Below are positions 1-7,329 of a stretch of 17,770 bases of DNA, piece after piece. Numbering within the stretch: position 1 is the stretch's first letter; every line of letters begins with the position of its first letter. Origin of the DNA: Candidatus Iainarchaeum sp. (lineage in GTDB: Archaea > Iainarchaeota > Iainarchaeia > Iainarchaeales > Iainarchaeaceae); assembly GCA_043812975.1 (NCBI GenBank), contig JBDRLP010000065.1, positions 1 to 17,770 on the forward strand. The letters are read 5' to 3'. Under the pieces are notes generated by a model. The model did no database searches. It was not told the origin of the DNA and saw nothing but the letters and a program-made list of their open reading frames with translations. Made by a program: the position numbers and the translations under genes.

Positions 1-1
1 T

Positions 2-922
2 GATCGCTGGGGTGTTGACAGGCCTGATTTAAGATTTGGTTTGGAATTAGTTGATGTTACAGAAATAATCGGAAATGCAGGCTTCAATGCTTTCGAATCA
101 GTGGTTGCCGGCGGCGGAATAATAAAAGGAATAACTGTTCCTGGAAAAGCCGATTTCACAAGAAAAGAATTAACTGAATTAGAGGATTTTGTGAAAATTT
201 ACAAAGCAAAAGGAATTGCTTCATTAAAAATTGTTAATGGAAAAGTTGAAGGAGGAACTGCAAAGTTTTTCAACCCAAAAGCTCTGGATGAATTGAAAAA
301 CAAAATGAAAGCAAAAGACAATGACATAATGCTTCTTGTTGCTGATGCTCCGAAAATTGTGAATGATTCATTAGGTTATCTGAGAAACCATTTAGCAGAA
401 AAACTTGGTTTGATTAACAAAAAAGAATGGAATTTTTTATGGGTAAAAGATTTCCCGATGTTTGAATGGGATGAAGAAAATGGAAAATTAAAAGCAATGC
501 ATCATCCTTTTACTTCTCCAAAGAAAGAAGATTTTGGATTATTGGAAAAAGAACCTTTAAAAGTCAGAAGTAATTCTTATGATCTTGTCCTTAACGGATT
601 GGAAATTGGTGGCGGTTCTATCAGAATACACCAGTCAGATATTCAGGCTCTGGTTTTCAAAACATTAGGGCTAAGTGAAAAGGATGCCAAGGAAAAATTC
701 GGTTTTATGATGGATGCATTCAAATACGGCGCTCCTCCACATGGAGGAATAGCATTTGGCCTTGACAGGATGATAATGCTTCTGGTCGGAGCAACAAGTA
801 TTAGAGATGTTATTGCTTTCCCTAAGAACAAGGCAGCAATATCACTTATGGATGGTTCTCCAAGCGAAGTTGATGAAAAGTCGTTGAAGGAACTTAGCCT
901 GAAGCTTGACCTGAAAAAATGA
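2..922 (+). CDS. aspS: Aspartyl-tRNA synthetase, bacterial type (GAD insertion domain plus C-terminal extension); 5'-truncated by the window edge
   Basis: The frame is open from nt 2 (DRWGVDRPDLRFGLELVD, matching the bacterial RYGSDKPDLRF motif). It continues through a GAD domain, WVKDFPMFE, HHPFTSP, YDLVLNGLEIGGGSIRIH, motif 3 GAPPHGGIAFGLDR and IRDVIAFPK. Confidence 0.97.
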   Translation, partial: DRWGVDRPDLRFGLELVDVTEIIGNAGFNAFESVVAGGGIIKGITVPGKADFTRKELTELEDFVKIYKAKGIASLKIVNGKVEGGTAKFFNPKALDELKNKMKAKDNDIMLLVADAPKIVNDSLGYLRNHLAEKLGLINKKEWNFLWVKDFPMFEWDEENGKLKAMHHPFTSPKKEDFGLLEKEPLKVRSNSYDLVLNGLEIGGGSIRIHQSDIQALVFKTLGLSEKDAKEKFGFMMDAFKYGAPPHGGIAFGLDRMIMLLVGATSIRDVIAFPKNKAAISLMDGSPSEVDEKSLKELSLKLDLKK

Positions 923-1221
923 TTTTTATGCCTAAACCAAAGGTGGATGAAAAATTATTGCAAAGCGTGGCAAAAAACGCGCGTTTAAACCTCACAAAAG
1001 CAGAGGAAAAAAAGTTTCTTCCGCAGTTAAAAGAAGTACTTGATTTTTTTTCAAAACTTGATAAGCTTGATGTTTCAAAAGAAAAACCTTCATTCCAGCC
1101 TCTGGAAATGAAAAACGTTTTCAGAGAAGACAAAGTAGAAAAATGTCTTTCACAGGAAGAAGCTCTTTCAAATACTTCTCATAAAAAAGACGGTTATTTT
1201 AAGGGGCCGAAGGTGGTTTGA
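919..1221 (+). CDS. gatC: Asp/Glu-tRNA amidotransferase subunit C
   Basis: VAKNARLNL...FREDKV...EEALSN...DGYFKGPKV pattern; ATGA overlap with aspS (alternative start 928); lies directly upstream of gatA. Confidence 0.93.
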   Translation: MIFMPKPKVDEKLLQSVAKNARLNLTKAEEKKFLPQLKEVLDFFSKLDKLDVSKEKPSFQPLEMKNVFREDKVEKCLSQEEALSNTSHKKDGYFKGPKVV

Positions 1222-1312
1222 TGAGAATTATTGTTGCGAGCACAGCGAGCAAGTCCAACCTTGTGTTGGACGCGGTACCGCCGGTCGCAAACGGCGTGAA
1301 GGTGGTTTGATG
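1209..1312. mobile_element. GC-rich palindromic insert (1224-1297) flanked by an exact 15-bp direct repeat GAAGGTGGTTTGATG (1209-1223 and 1298-1312); MITE/REP-like
   Basis: The direct repeat is read directly. Internal hairpin GTCCAAC-cttgt-GTTGGAC (1253-1271), palindrome GCGGTACCGC (1272-1281), outer TTGCGA/TCGCAA (1234-1239/1285-1290). Mobility is inferred. Confidence 0.65.
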
Positions 1313-2725
1313 GTTTTAAGTGCTGTTGAATTTGTAAAGGAAGTTGCTTCAGGAAATATTTCAGTCATAGATCATACTTCTAAAATAATTAGTGAAATCG
1401 AGAAAAAAAATAAAGAGTTCCATCATTTCAATTATTTTGACAAGAAATTTGTGATTGATCAGGCTAACGATCTTGAAAAACAAATCAAGAAAGGAAAAAA
1501 AGGAAAACTTTTAGGAGTGCCAATTAGCGTAAAAGATTGTGTTTGTGTTAAAGGCCTGGAATCAAGAGCTGGTTCAAAAATTCTTTCCGGTTACAAACCT
1601 GTTTTTGATGCAACTGTAATAAAAAAAGCAAAAGAAGAAGGCGCAATTATTCTTGGAAAAACTTCACAGGATGAATTTGGTTTTGGAACTTTCTCAGTTA
1701 ACCATACAGCAGGAGAAATTCCTCTTAACCCTTTTGACAAGGAAAGAAGCTGTGGTGGTTCTTCCGGCGGAGCAGCTGGTTTTGCAGCTTTAACAAAAAA
1801 TACTCAAATTTCAATCGGGGAAAGTACTGGTGGTTCAATCGCATGCCCAGCATCTTTTTGCGGTGTTTCATCAATTACACCAACTTATGGTTTGGTTTCA
1901 AGATACGGGTTAATGGATTATGCAAGTTCTCTTGACAAGATTGGTGCAATTGGAAAAAATTCAAGTGATATTTCATTGCTCTTAGAGGTAATGAGTGGAA
2001 AGGATGAGAAGGACAGTACTTCTCTTGAGGGGATTTCATTTGGAAAAGAAAAAACTGAGGAATTAAAAATCGGTTTGCCAAAAGAACTTTTTGACGCAAT
2101 CGGAGACGAAAAAATAAAAGAAATTGTGAGAAAAAAAATCGATGAAGCAGAATCTTTTGGAGCAAAAATAGAAGAAATTTCTTTACCTTTAAACACAGAA
2201 TATGGTGTTGCTGTTTATTATCTGATTGCAATGGCTGAAGCATCAACAAACCTTGCAAAATACTGCGGTTTACGCTACGGTTTTGAAAAAAAGCTTGAAG
2301 GAAACTTCAATGAATATTTTTCAAGCGTAAGAAGTGAAGCTTTTGGAGAAGAAGCAAAAAGAAGAATTATGATAGGAACTTTTGCAAGAATGTCAGGTTT
2401 CAGAGATGCTTATTATTTGAAGGCCATGAGAGCCAGAACAAAAATGATTAATGAGTATAAGAGCATTTTCAAGAAAGTTGATGTACTTGCTTTGCCGGCA
2501 ATGCCTATTGTAGCTCCAAAATTCAAAGAAATTGAAAAGCTTTCTCCTTTACAGCATTATCAAATGGATCTTTGTACTGTAAGCCCTAACCTTTGCGGTT
2601 TGCCTCATGCAACTGTTAATGCAGGCTCCCTGAATGACATGCCTGTTGGTTTGATGATTATAGGAAACCACCTTGATGATTCAAGGGTTATTTCGGTTGC
2701 TTCACAATTGGAGGAATTAAAATGA
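1310..2725 (+). CDS. gatA: Asp/Glu-tRNA amidotransferase subunit A (amidase signature)
   Basis: GVPISVKD (catalytic Lys), GGSSGG, TGGSI..PASFCG, PTYGLVSRYGL, SSLDKIG, FGEEAKRRIMIGTF. ATG at 1310 follows an SD-like GAAGGTGG; the ORF track starts at TTG 1307. Confidence 0.96.
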   Translation: MVLSAVEFVKEVASGNISVIDHTSKIISEIEKKNKEFHHFNYFDKKFVIDQANDLEKQIKKGKKGKLLGVPISVKDCVCVKGLESRAGSKILSGYKPVFDATVIKKAKEEGAIILGKTSQDEFGFGTFSVNHTAGEIPLNPFDKERSCGGSSGGAAGFAALTKNTQISIGESTGGSIACPASFCGVSSITPTYGLVSRYGLMDYASSLDKIGAIGKNSSDISLLLEVMSGKDEKDSTSLEGISFGKEKTEELKIGLPKELFDAIGDEKIKEIVRKKIDEAESFGAKIEEISLPLNTEYGVAVYYLIAMAEASTNLAKYCGLRYGFEKKLEGNFNEYFSSVRSEAFGEEAKRRIMIGTFARMSGFRDAYYLKAMRARTKMINEYKSIFKKVDVLALPAMPIVAPKFKEIEKLSPLQHYQMDLCTVSPNLCGLPHATVNAGSLNDMPVGLMIIGNHLDDSRVISVASQLEELK

Positions 2726-2839
2726 ACGAAATAGAAGTAGCACAACCGTTGCGTCGGTTGGGTGCGCATACGGCCGCCCAATCTGCGATTGGGCATAAGT
2801 ATTTAATGGGGTTTTTTGCATGAACGAAATAGAAGTTGC
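2722..2839. mobile_element. GC-rich two-hairpin insert (2742-2819) flanked by a 20-bp direct repeat ATGAACGAAATAGAAGT(A/T)GC (2722-2741 and 2820-2839, 19/20 identical)
   Basis: The repeat duplicates the first codons of the downstream gene. Hairpins CAACCG/CGGTTG (2743-2760) and GCCCAATC-tgc-GATTGGGC (2776-2794). Mobility is inferred. Confidence 0.65.
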
Positions 2840-3590
2840 GAAAAAAGCCTGTGTTGAAGCGGGAAAAATCGCAATGAAATATTTTCAGGGTGATTTTACA
2901 ATTACAAAAAAAGGAAGAATTGATTTAGTTACTAATGCTGATGTTGAATGTGAACAAAAAATAAAAAAAGTAATTTTAGCTGAATATCCAACGCATTCTT
3001 TTTTAGGGGAAGAGGAAGGTTCTCAGGGAGAGAGTAAGAATGTATGGATAATAGATCCTATTGATGGTACAACAAACTTTGCTCACGGTATTGATAATTT
3101 CAGCCATTCAATTGCTTTAGTTAGGGATAATGAAATTATATGCGGTGCTGTTTTTGATCCTGTGAACAAAAAACTTTTTACTGCAGTTAAAGGAAAAGGA
3201 GCCGAATTAAACGGGAAAAAAATCAGTGTTTCAAAAACAGAAAAGCTGATTGACTCTGTAGTAATAACAGGTTTTCCTTATGATAATGGTGAAATAAGGG
3301 GAAAAGCTGTTGCATCAATTAGTTCATTGATTGGTAACTGTCAAGGCATAAGGCGTTTCGGTTCAGCTGCTTTGGATTTTTGTTTTGTTGCTCAGGGAAT
3401 TTGTGACGGTTTTTTTGAGTATTATCTTAAATCTTGGGATGTTGCAGCCGGCTTTCTTATTGCAAAAGAAGCAGGAGCAACAATTACTGACATTAATGGA
3501 AATGAAGCAACTATTAATTCAACGCATTTTATTGTAACCAATGGAAAAATCCACAAGGAGTTAAAAAGTCATTTGGAGGCTGTTTCATGA
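2820..3590 (+). CDS. suhB: Inositol monophosphatase family protein (SuhB-like)
   Basis: DLVTNAD..CE, GEE, WIIDPIDGTTNF, RRFGSAALD and WDVAAG motifs. Confidence 0.93.
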   Translation: MNEIEVAKKACVEAGKIAMKYFQGDFTITKKGRIDLVTNADVECEQKIKKVILAEYPTHSFLGEEEGSQGESKNVWIIDPIDGTTNFAHGIDNFSHSIALVRDNEIICGAVFDPVNKKLFTAVKGKGAELNGKKISVSKTEKLIDSVVITGFPYDNGEIRGKAVASISSLIGNCQGIRRFGSAALDFCFVAQGICDGFFEYYLKSWDVAAGFLIAKEAGATITDINGNEATINSTHFIVTNGKIHKELKSHLEAVS

Positions 3591-4120
3591 AAAATAATGT
3601 TGCAATTGTTCGTGGTTGGTATGTTAGACCTGATGGGAAGCTGGATTTTGCTTCGAGGAAAAGGCTTGAATTAGTAAAAGAACTTTTCAGGTCTGGAGAA
3701 TGTTCGAAGATAATTTTGTCAGGGGGGATAAACAGAGAGACGTTTTGGAAAGGAAAAAGAGTAACTGAATCAGCTATGATGCGCGATTATTTGGTTGATG
3801 AGTTGGGTGTTCCTTCTTCATTATTGTTGATTGAAAGCGATTCTCGTGGTTTAACAGAAAGTGCAATAAATACAAAAAAGATGGTTGATGAATTAGACCC
3901 GGAAAAAGTTTTTGTAATAACAAACGATTTTGCCGAGAAGGAAGTAAAAGATGCATTCTTGAGAAATGGATTTAGTGAATCTAAATTAGTAGTGAAAGGA
4001 GCAGATTTGCGTCCAAGAAGGTTAAGAGATGTTCCAGGTTCCTTTTTTTGGACCGCATATGGGAAAATAGTTGTTCCTTTTAAACGGAGCCGATGGGAAA
4101 GGAAACAAAGGATGAAATAA
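3587..4120 (+). CDS. DUF218/YdcF/ElyC-like protein, divergent
   Basis: RLE..ELF..G...IILSGG, TESAMMRDYL...GVP...LIESDSR..TESA and VITNDF resemble DUF218 motifs, but the usual H-x-x-RA is missing. ATGA overlap with the IMPase gene. Confidence 0.75.
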   Translation: MKNNVAIVRGWYVRPDGKLDFASRKRLELVKELFRSGECSKIILSGGINRETFWKGKRVTESAMMRDYLVDELGVPSSLLLIESDSRGLTESAINTKKMVDELDPEKVFVITNDFAEKEVKDAFLRNGFSESKLVVKGADLRPRRLRDVPGSFFWTAYGKIVVPFKRSRWERKQRMK

Positions 4121-4139
4121 TAAAAGGCGGTATTTTTTT

Positions 4140-6041
4140 ATGGTGAAAACAATAATTGGATTAGAAATCCATGTTCAACTCAATACTGATTCAAAATTAT
4201 TTTGTGGGTGCTCAACTTCTGGAAAAGTTGACCGTGGTTCCTGGGTTAAAGATTATCTTGAAAACAAAAAAATCAAGCATAAATTTGTGGAGCATGGAAT
4301 TGCTTTGAAATGTATTGATTCTGCTCAGGAAAGAAATTTGGAAACAAGGCAAATCGCAAAAGCACTGGTTTACATAGCCGATTCAGAACCAGTTTTGTTT
4401 ATTCTTCCCGGAAACAGGAAACTGGATTTAATGAAAGCTCAGAGTGAATTAAATGTAAAGGATTTCAGAATTGCTACTAAAGAAGAAGTTTTCAAGCACA
4501 CGAATTGTGTTGTTGGTTCAGTGCCGCCAACAATTGAAGGAATAAAAAAAGTTGTTGATAAAAAACTCTTGGAAAATAAAGTTATTTCTTTTAATGCAGG
4601 AAACCATTTTACAGGAATAATAATTGAAAAAGATAATTTCCTGAAATCAATTGACAATTATGAGATTTTGGATATTTCAGAGGATGAAACCATAGTTGAA
4701 CAACCAACTCCTCCAGAAAAGAAAAAAATTCCCGTTCTTAATGATGTTCCTAATACAAGAACCTGTGAAATATGTCTTGGCATGCCTGGCTCGAAACCAG
4801 TTTTGAACAAAAAAGCAGTTGATTATGCTTTAATGGTCGCAATGGCTCTGGGGTGTAAAATAAACAAGGAGTTTTTCTTTTCAAGAAAAACTTATTTTTA
4901 TCCTGATCTTGCAAAAGATTATCAGATTACTCAGTATGAAGTTCCTGTTGGTGAAAAAGGTGTTCTGGAAGTTGACGGGAAAAAAATCAGGATTACAAGG
5001 GTTCATTTAGAAGAAGATCCTGCTTCTCTTATTCATGAATCCGGAACAAAGCAAAGCAATTATTCTTTGATTGATTATAACAGGTCAGGAATTCCTTTAG
5101 TAGAAATAGTTACTGAACCTGATTTGGAAAGTCCTGAACAGGCAAGACACTTTTTGGATAAGATGTTAACAATTCTGAATTATTTAGGAGTTTATACTCA
5201 CGGAGAATCTGTTCTCAAGGCGGATTGTAATCTTTCAATTAAGGGTTCTGAAAGAGTTGAAGTGAAAAACGTTACCGGATTTAAAGCTGTTGAGCTGGCT
5301 TTGAAGGCAGAAGAACAAAGGCAGAGGGAAATGATTGAATCCAAGGAAAAAATTGTGCGGGAAACAAGAGGCTTTGATGCAGAAACAAATTCAACTTATT
5401 CAATGAGGAAAAAAGAAACAGAGGAAGATTATGGTTATATTGCAGATCCAGATTTGCCAAAAGTCGAATTAAATGACGAGTGGCTTGAAGAAATAAAAAA
5501 ATCCATGCCCGAATTGGCAGGGGAAAAAGCAAAGCGTTTTGTAAAAAAATTTGGTCTGAAGGAATATGATGCAAAAGTAATCGCTTCTGATAAAACTTTA
5601 TCCGAATTATTTGAAAAAGCAGCTAAAGTAGATCCTCAGTTAGCTGTCAGGTTTATTTCAAGAGAATTAATGGGTATTCTGAATTACAACAAATTAAAAA
5701 TTGAGAATACAAAAGTTAGTGCTGAGGGGGTAATTGGTTTAATTAAATTGGTTAAAGAGGGGAAAGTGAGTGATAAAAATGCAAAAGAATCCCTCATAAA
5801 GTATGTTATTGATGGTATTGAGCCGAAAGAGTTTTTGGAAAAAAATAATTTGCTTATTGATTCTTCTTCCGGCGATGTTGAAAAAATTGTTAAAGAAGTT
5901 GTTGTCGAAAACAAAACCGTTTTTGAAGAGTATAAGGCGGGCAATTCCAAGTCCCTGAATTTCCTCATTGGACAAGTAATGCGAAAAATGAAAGGAAAAG
6001 CCGACGCAAGGCAAGTGCAGAAAATTTTAGAAGAAAAATAA
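4140..6041 (+). CDS. gatB: Asp/Glu-tRNA amidotransferase subunit B with an inserted YbaK/ProX-like aminoacyl-tRNA deacylase domain
   Basis: IGLEIHVQLNT.SKLFCGC, PNT..CEICLGMPG, FSRKTYFYPDL, RVHLEED, DYNRSGIPLVEIVTEPD, RVEVKN, ETRGFD, MRKKE..EDYGY..DPDLP and a Yqey C-terminus (NFLIGQVMRKMKGKAD). At 633 aa it has ~170 extra residues between C24 and P204. Confidence 0.96.
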   Translation: MVKTIIGLEIHVQLNTDSKLFCGCSTSGKVDRGSWVKDYLENKKIKHKFVEHGIALKCIDSAQERNLETRQIAKALVYIADSEPVLFILPGNRKLDLMKAQSELNVKDFRIATKEEVFKHTNCVVGSVPPTIEGIKKVVDKKLLENKVISFNAGNHFTGIIIEKDNFLKSIDNYEILDISEDETIVEQPTPPEKKKIPVLNDVPNTRTCEICLGMPGSKPVLNKKAVDYALMVAMALGCKINKEFFFSRKTYFYPDLAKDYQITQYEVPVGEKGVLEVDGKKIRITRVHLEEDPASLIHESGTKQSNYSLIDYNRSGIPLVEIVTEPDLESPEQARHFLDKMLTILNYLGVYTHGESVLKADCNLSIKGSERVEVKNVTGFKAVELALKAEEQRQREMIESKEKIVRETRGFDAETNSTYSMRKKETEEDYGYIADPDLPKVELNDEWLEEIKKSMPELAGEKAKRFVKKFGLKEYDAKVIASDKTLSELFEKAAKVDPQLAVRFISRELMGILNYNKLKIENTKVSAEGVIGLIKLVKEGKVSDKNAKESLIKYVIDGIEPKEFLEKNNLLIDSSSGDVEKIVKEVVVENKTVFEEYKAGNSKSLNFLIGQVMRKMKGKADARQVQKILEEK

Positions 6042-6299
6042 TTTTGCATGTGTTTTATTGTTCTAAGAAAACGAACTGTGTTATTGCGATTTTTTTAAAA
6101 ACTTTTTGCAAAATTATAACTCGTTTTTGTTAAGAAGAAAATTTTTGAGAAAGATATTTAAAGCTAATGTTATTGTTTGAGTAGTAACACATTTTTTGAA
6201 AAAATTATCCCGATATTTCGCAATTTTTTTCAATAAAGTTTCAAATGTGTTCAAGATTAAATATTTTTGAATTTTTTAATTGGAAAGGAGGTTAGACAT

Positions 6300-6647
6300 A
6301 TGGCTGTCGTTTCGTTAGTAAATGGTTTTATTGCAAAGGTTGATTCATTGATTACAGGAAAGCTGTTTATGTATTTTATAATGTATTCATATTCAAAAAA
6401 CTTTTTTAATAATATAAAATTATTCGGAAAAATTCCGCTGTTTGCAAATGTTTTTGGATTTCTGGTTGCAGGATTAGTTTTTTCAGTAGTTTCTGTTTTA
6501 TCTTTGATAGAACCGTTTGCAGTTAGAATGATTAATTTTGTGAAAAACATTTTTTCAACAAAAATAAAACTGGAAATAACTATTGGTGCGCATCAAGTAG
6601 CAGTAATAACATTGACTTTGGTTTTGTTTCTTTGGGTAAGTTCTTAA
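6300..6647 (+). CDS. Hypothetical membrane protein (115 aa)
   Basis: ATG at 6300 with a strong SD-like AAGGAGGT upstream; several hydrophobic segments; no family recognised. Confidence 0.6.
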   Translation: MAVVSLVNGFIAKVDSLITGKLFMYFIMYSYSKNFFNNIKLFGKIPLFANVFGFLVAGLVFSVVSVLSLIEPFAVRMINFVKNIFSTKIKLEITIGAHQVAVITLTLVLFLWVSS

Positions 6648-6684
6648 TTTGCTTTTACCCAGAGTTCAAAAAACTCTTGAAAAA

Positions 6685-7281
6685 TTATAATAGGTCTTTT
6701 ACCTCTGGATTTTGCCTCAACTGTTCTCGTATCCTGAAAAAAGCAGTTCTCAAAGAATTAGGTGTTATGCCTTCCCTCTCTGCCAATTCTTTTACTGTGC
6801 TCCGGTTTCTTTCTAGTTCATAATAAGCCTCCCAGAATAATCTCTTGCTCCTTTCTGGTGCGTTTACTTTTTTCAGTGCCGTTTTCAGCACCAATGCAGT
6901 TTCTTTTCTTATGGCGGCCGTTCTCGGGTCAACAGGTTTTTCGGAAACAAGTCTTGAGGTAAGCACATCTTCTTGTTTTTTAATCCTTCTAATTGCAAAA
7001 GTCAAAAAGTTCTTCATTTGGTTTTCGAAAGCAGTTACAGCAAGAGGTTGAAATGGTCTTTCCCCATCATAGGATTCAAGAACAGGTATAATTTTTCTTC
7101 TGACGTATTCCTTGGCAGCATCATGGCTCAAACCAGCACTTTCGTAAATCTTTTTATACCCCCTGTATCGCTTCTTGACAATGCTTTCAAGAATTTTTTC
7201 GGTCCATTCATAAAGCTTTGCGTTTCTCTCTAACCTTTCTGCCCTTTCCATTACACTTTTTTCGACTCTTTTTTTTCGCAT
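6685..7281 (-). CDS. ECF/sigma-70-like protein (region 2-like and region 4 HTH)
   Basis: Region 2-like DAAKEYV...LESYDGERPF.PLAVTAFENQMKNFL. Region 4-like LKTALKKV...RSKRLFW.AYYE....TVKELAEREGITPNSLRTAFFRIREQLR. The 198-aa length is typical of ECF factors. Confidence 0.7.
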   Translation of the reverse strand: MRKKRVEKSVMERAERLERNAKLYEWTEKILESIVKKRYRGYKKIYESAGLSHDAAKEYVRRKIIPVLESYDGERPFQPLAVTAFENQMKNFLTFAIRRIKKQEDVLTSRLVSEKPVDPRTAAIRKETALVLKTALKKVNAPERSKRLFWEAYYELERNRSTVKELAEREGITPNSLRTAFFRIREQLRQNPEVKDLL

Positions 7282-7329
7282 TAAAAAAAAAGGTTTTCCG
7301 CATTATTAACCCTGTTGTTTTATGGTTTT

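Noticed and set aside
1224..2819. gat-operon inserts as spliceable BHB mRNA introns or as CRISPR repeat-spacer units
   Set aside because: I could not build a clean bulge-helix-bulge at their ends. Each repeat occurs only twice, differs between sites and is host gene sequence, and no cas genes are present.
4221..4742. GatB insertion as an intein
   Set aside because: No His-Asn/Gln followed by Cys/Ser/Thr at the distal junction and no HINT or LAGLIDADG motifs; the sequence fits YbaK motifs instead.
643..6049. Minus-strand ORFs over aspS/gatC/gatA/gatB (643-831, 894-1133, 1875-2258, 1918-2196, 2605-2796, 3774-3956, 4439-4657, 5281-5574, 5684-6049, 5739-6014)
   Set aside because: Antisense shadows of well-supported genes with no recognisable motifs.
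6042..6299. 258-bp AT-rich gap after gatB as a pseudogene or ncRNA
   Set aside because: Only A/T tracts and weak low-complexity resemblance to the next ORF; no stable structure or ORF that I can support.
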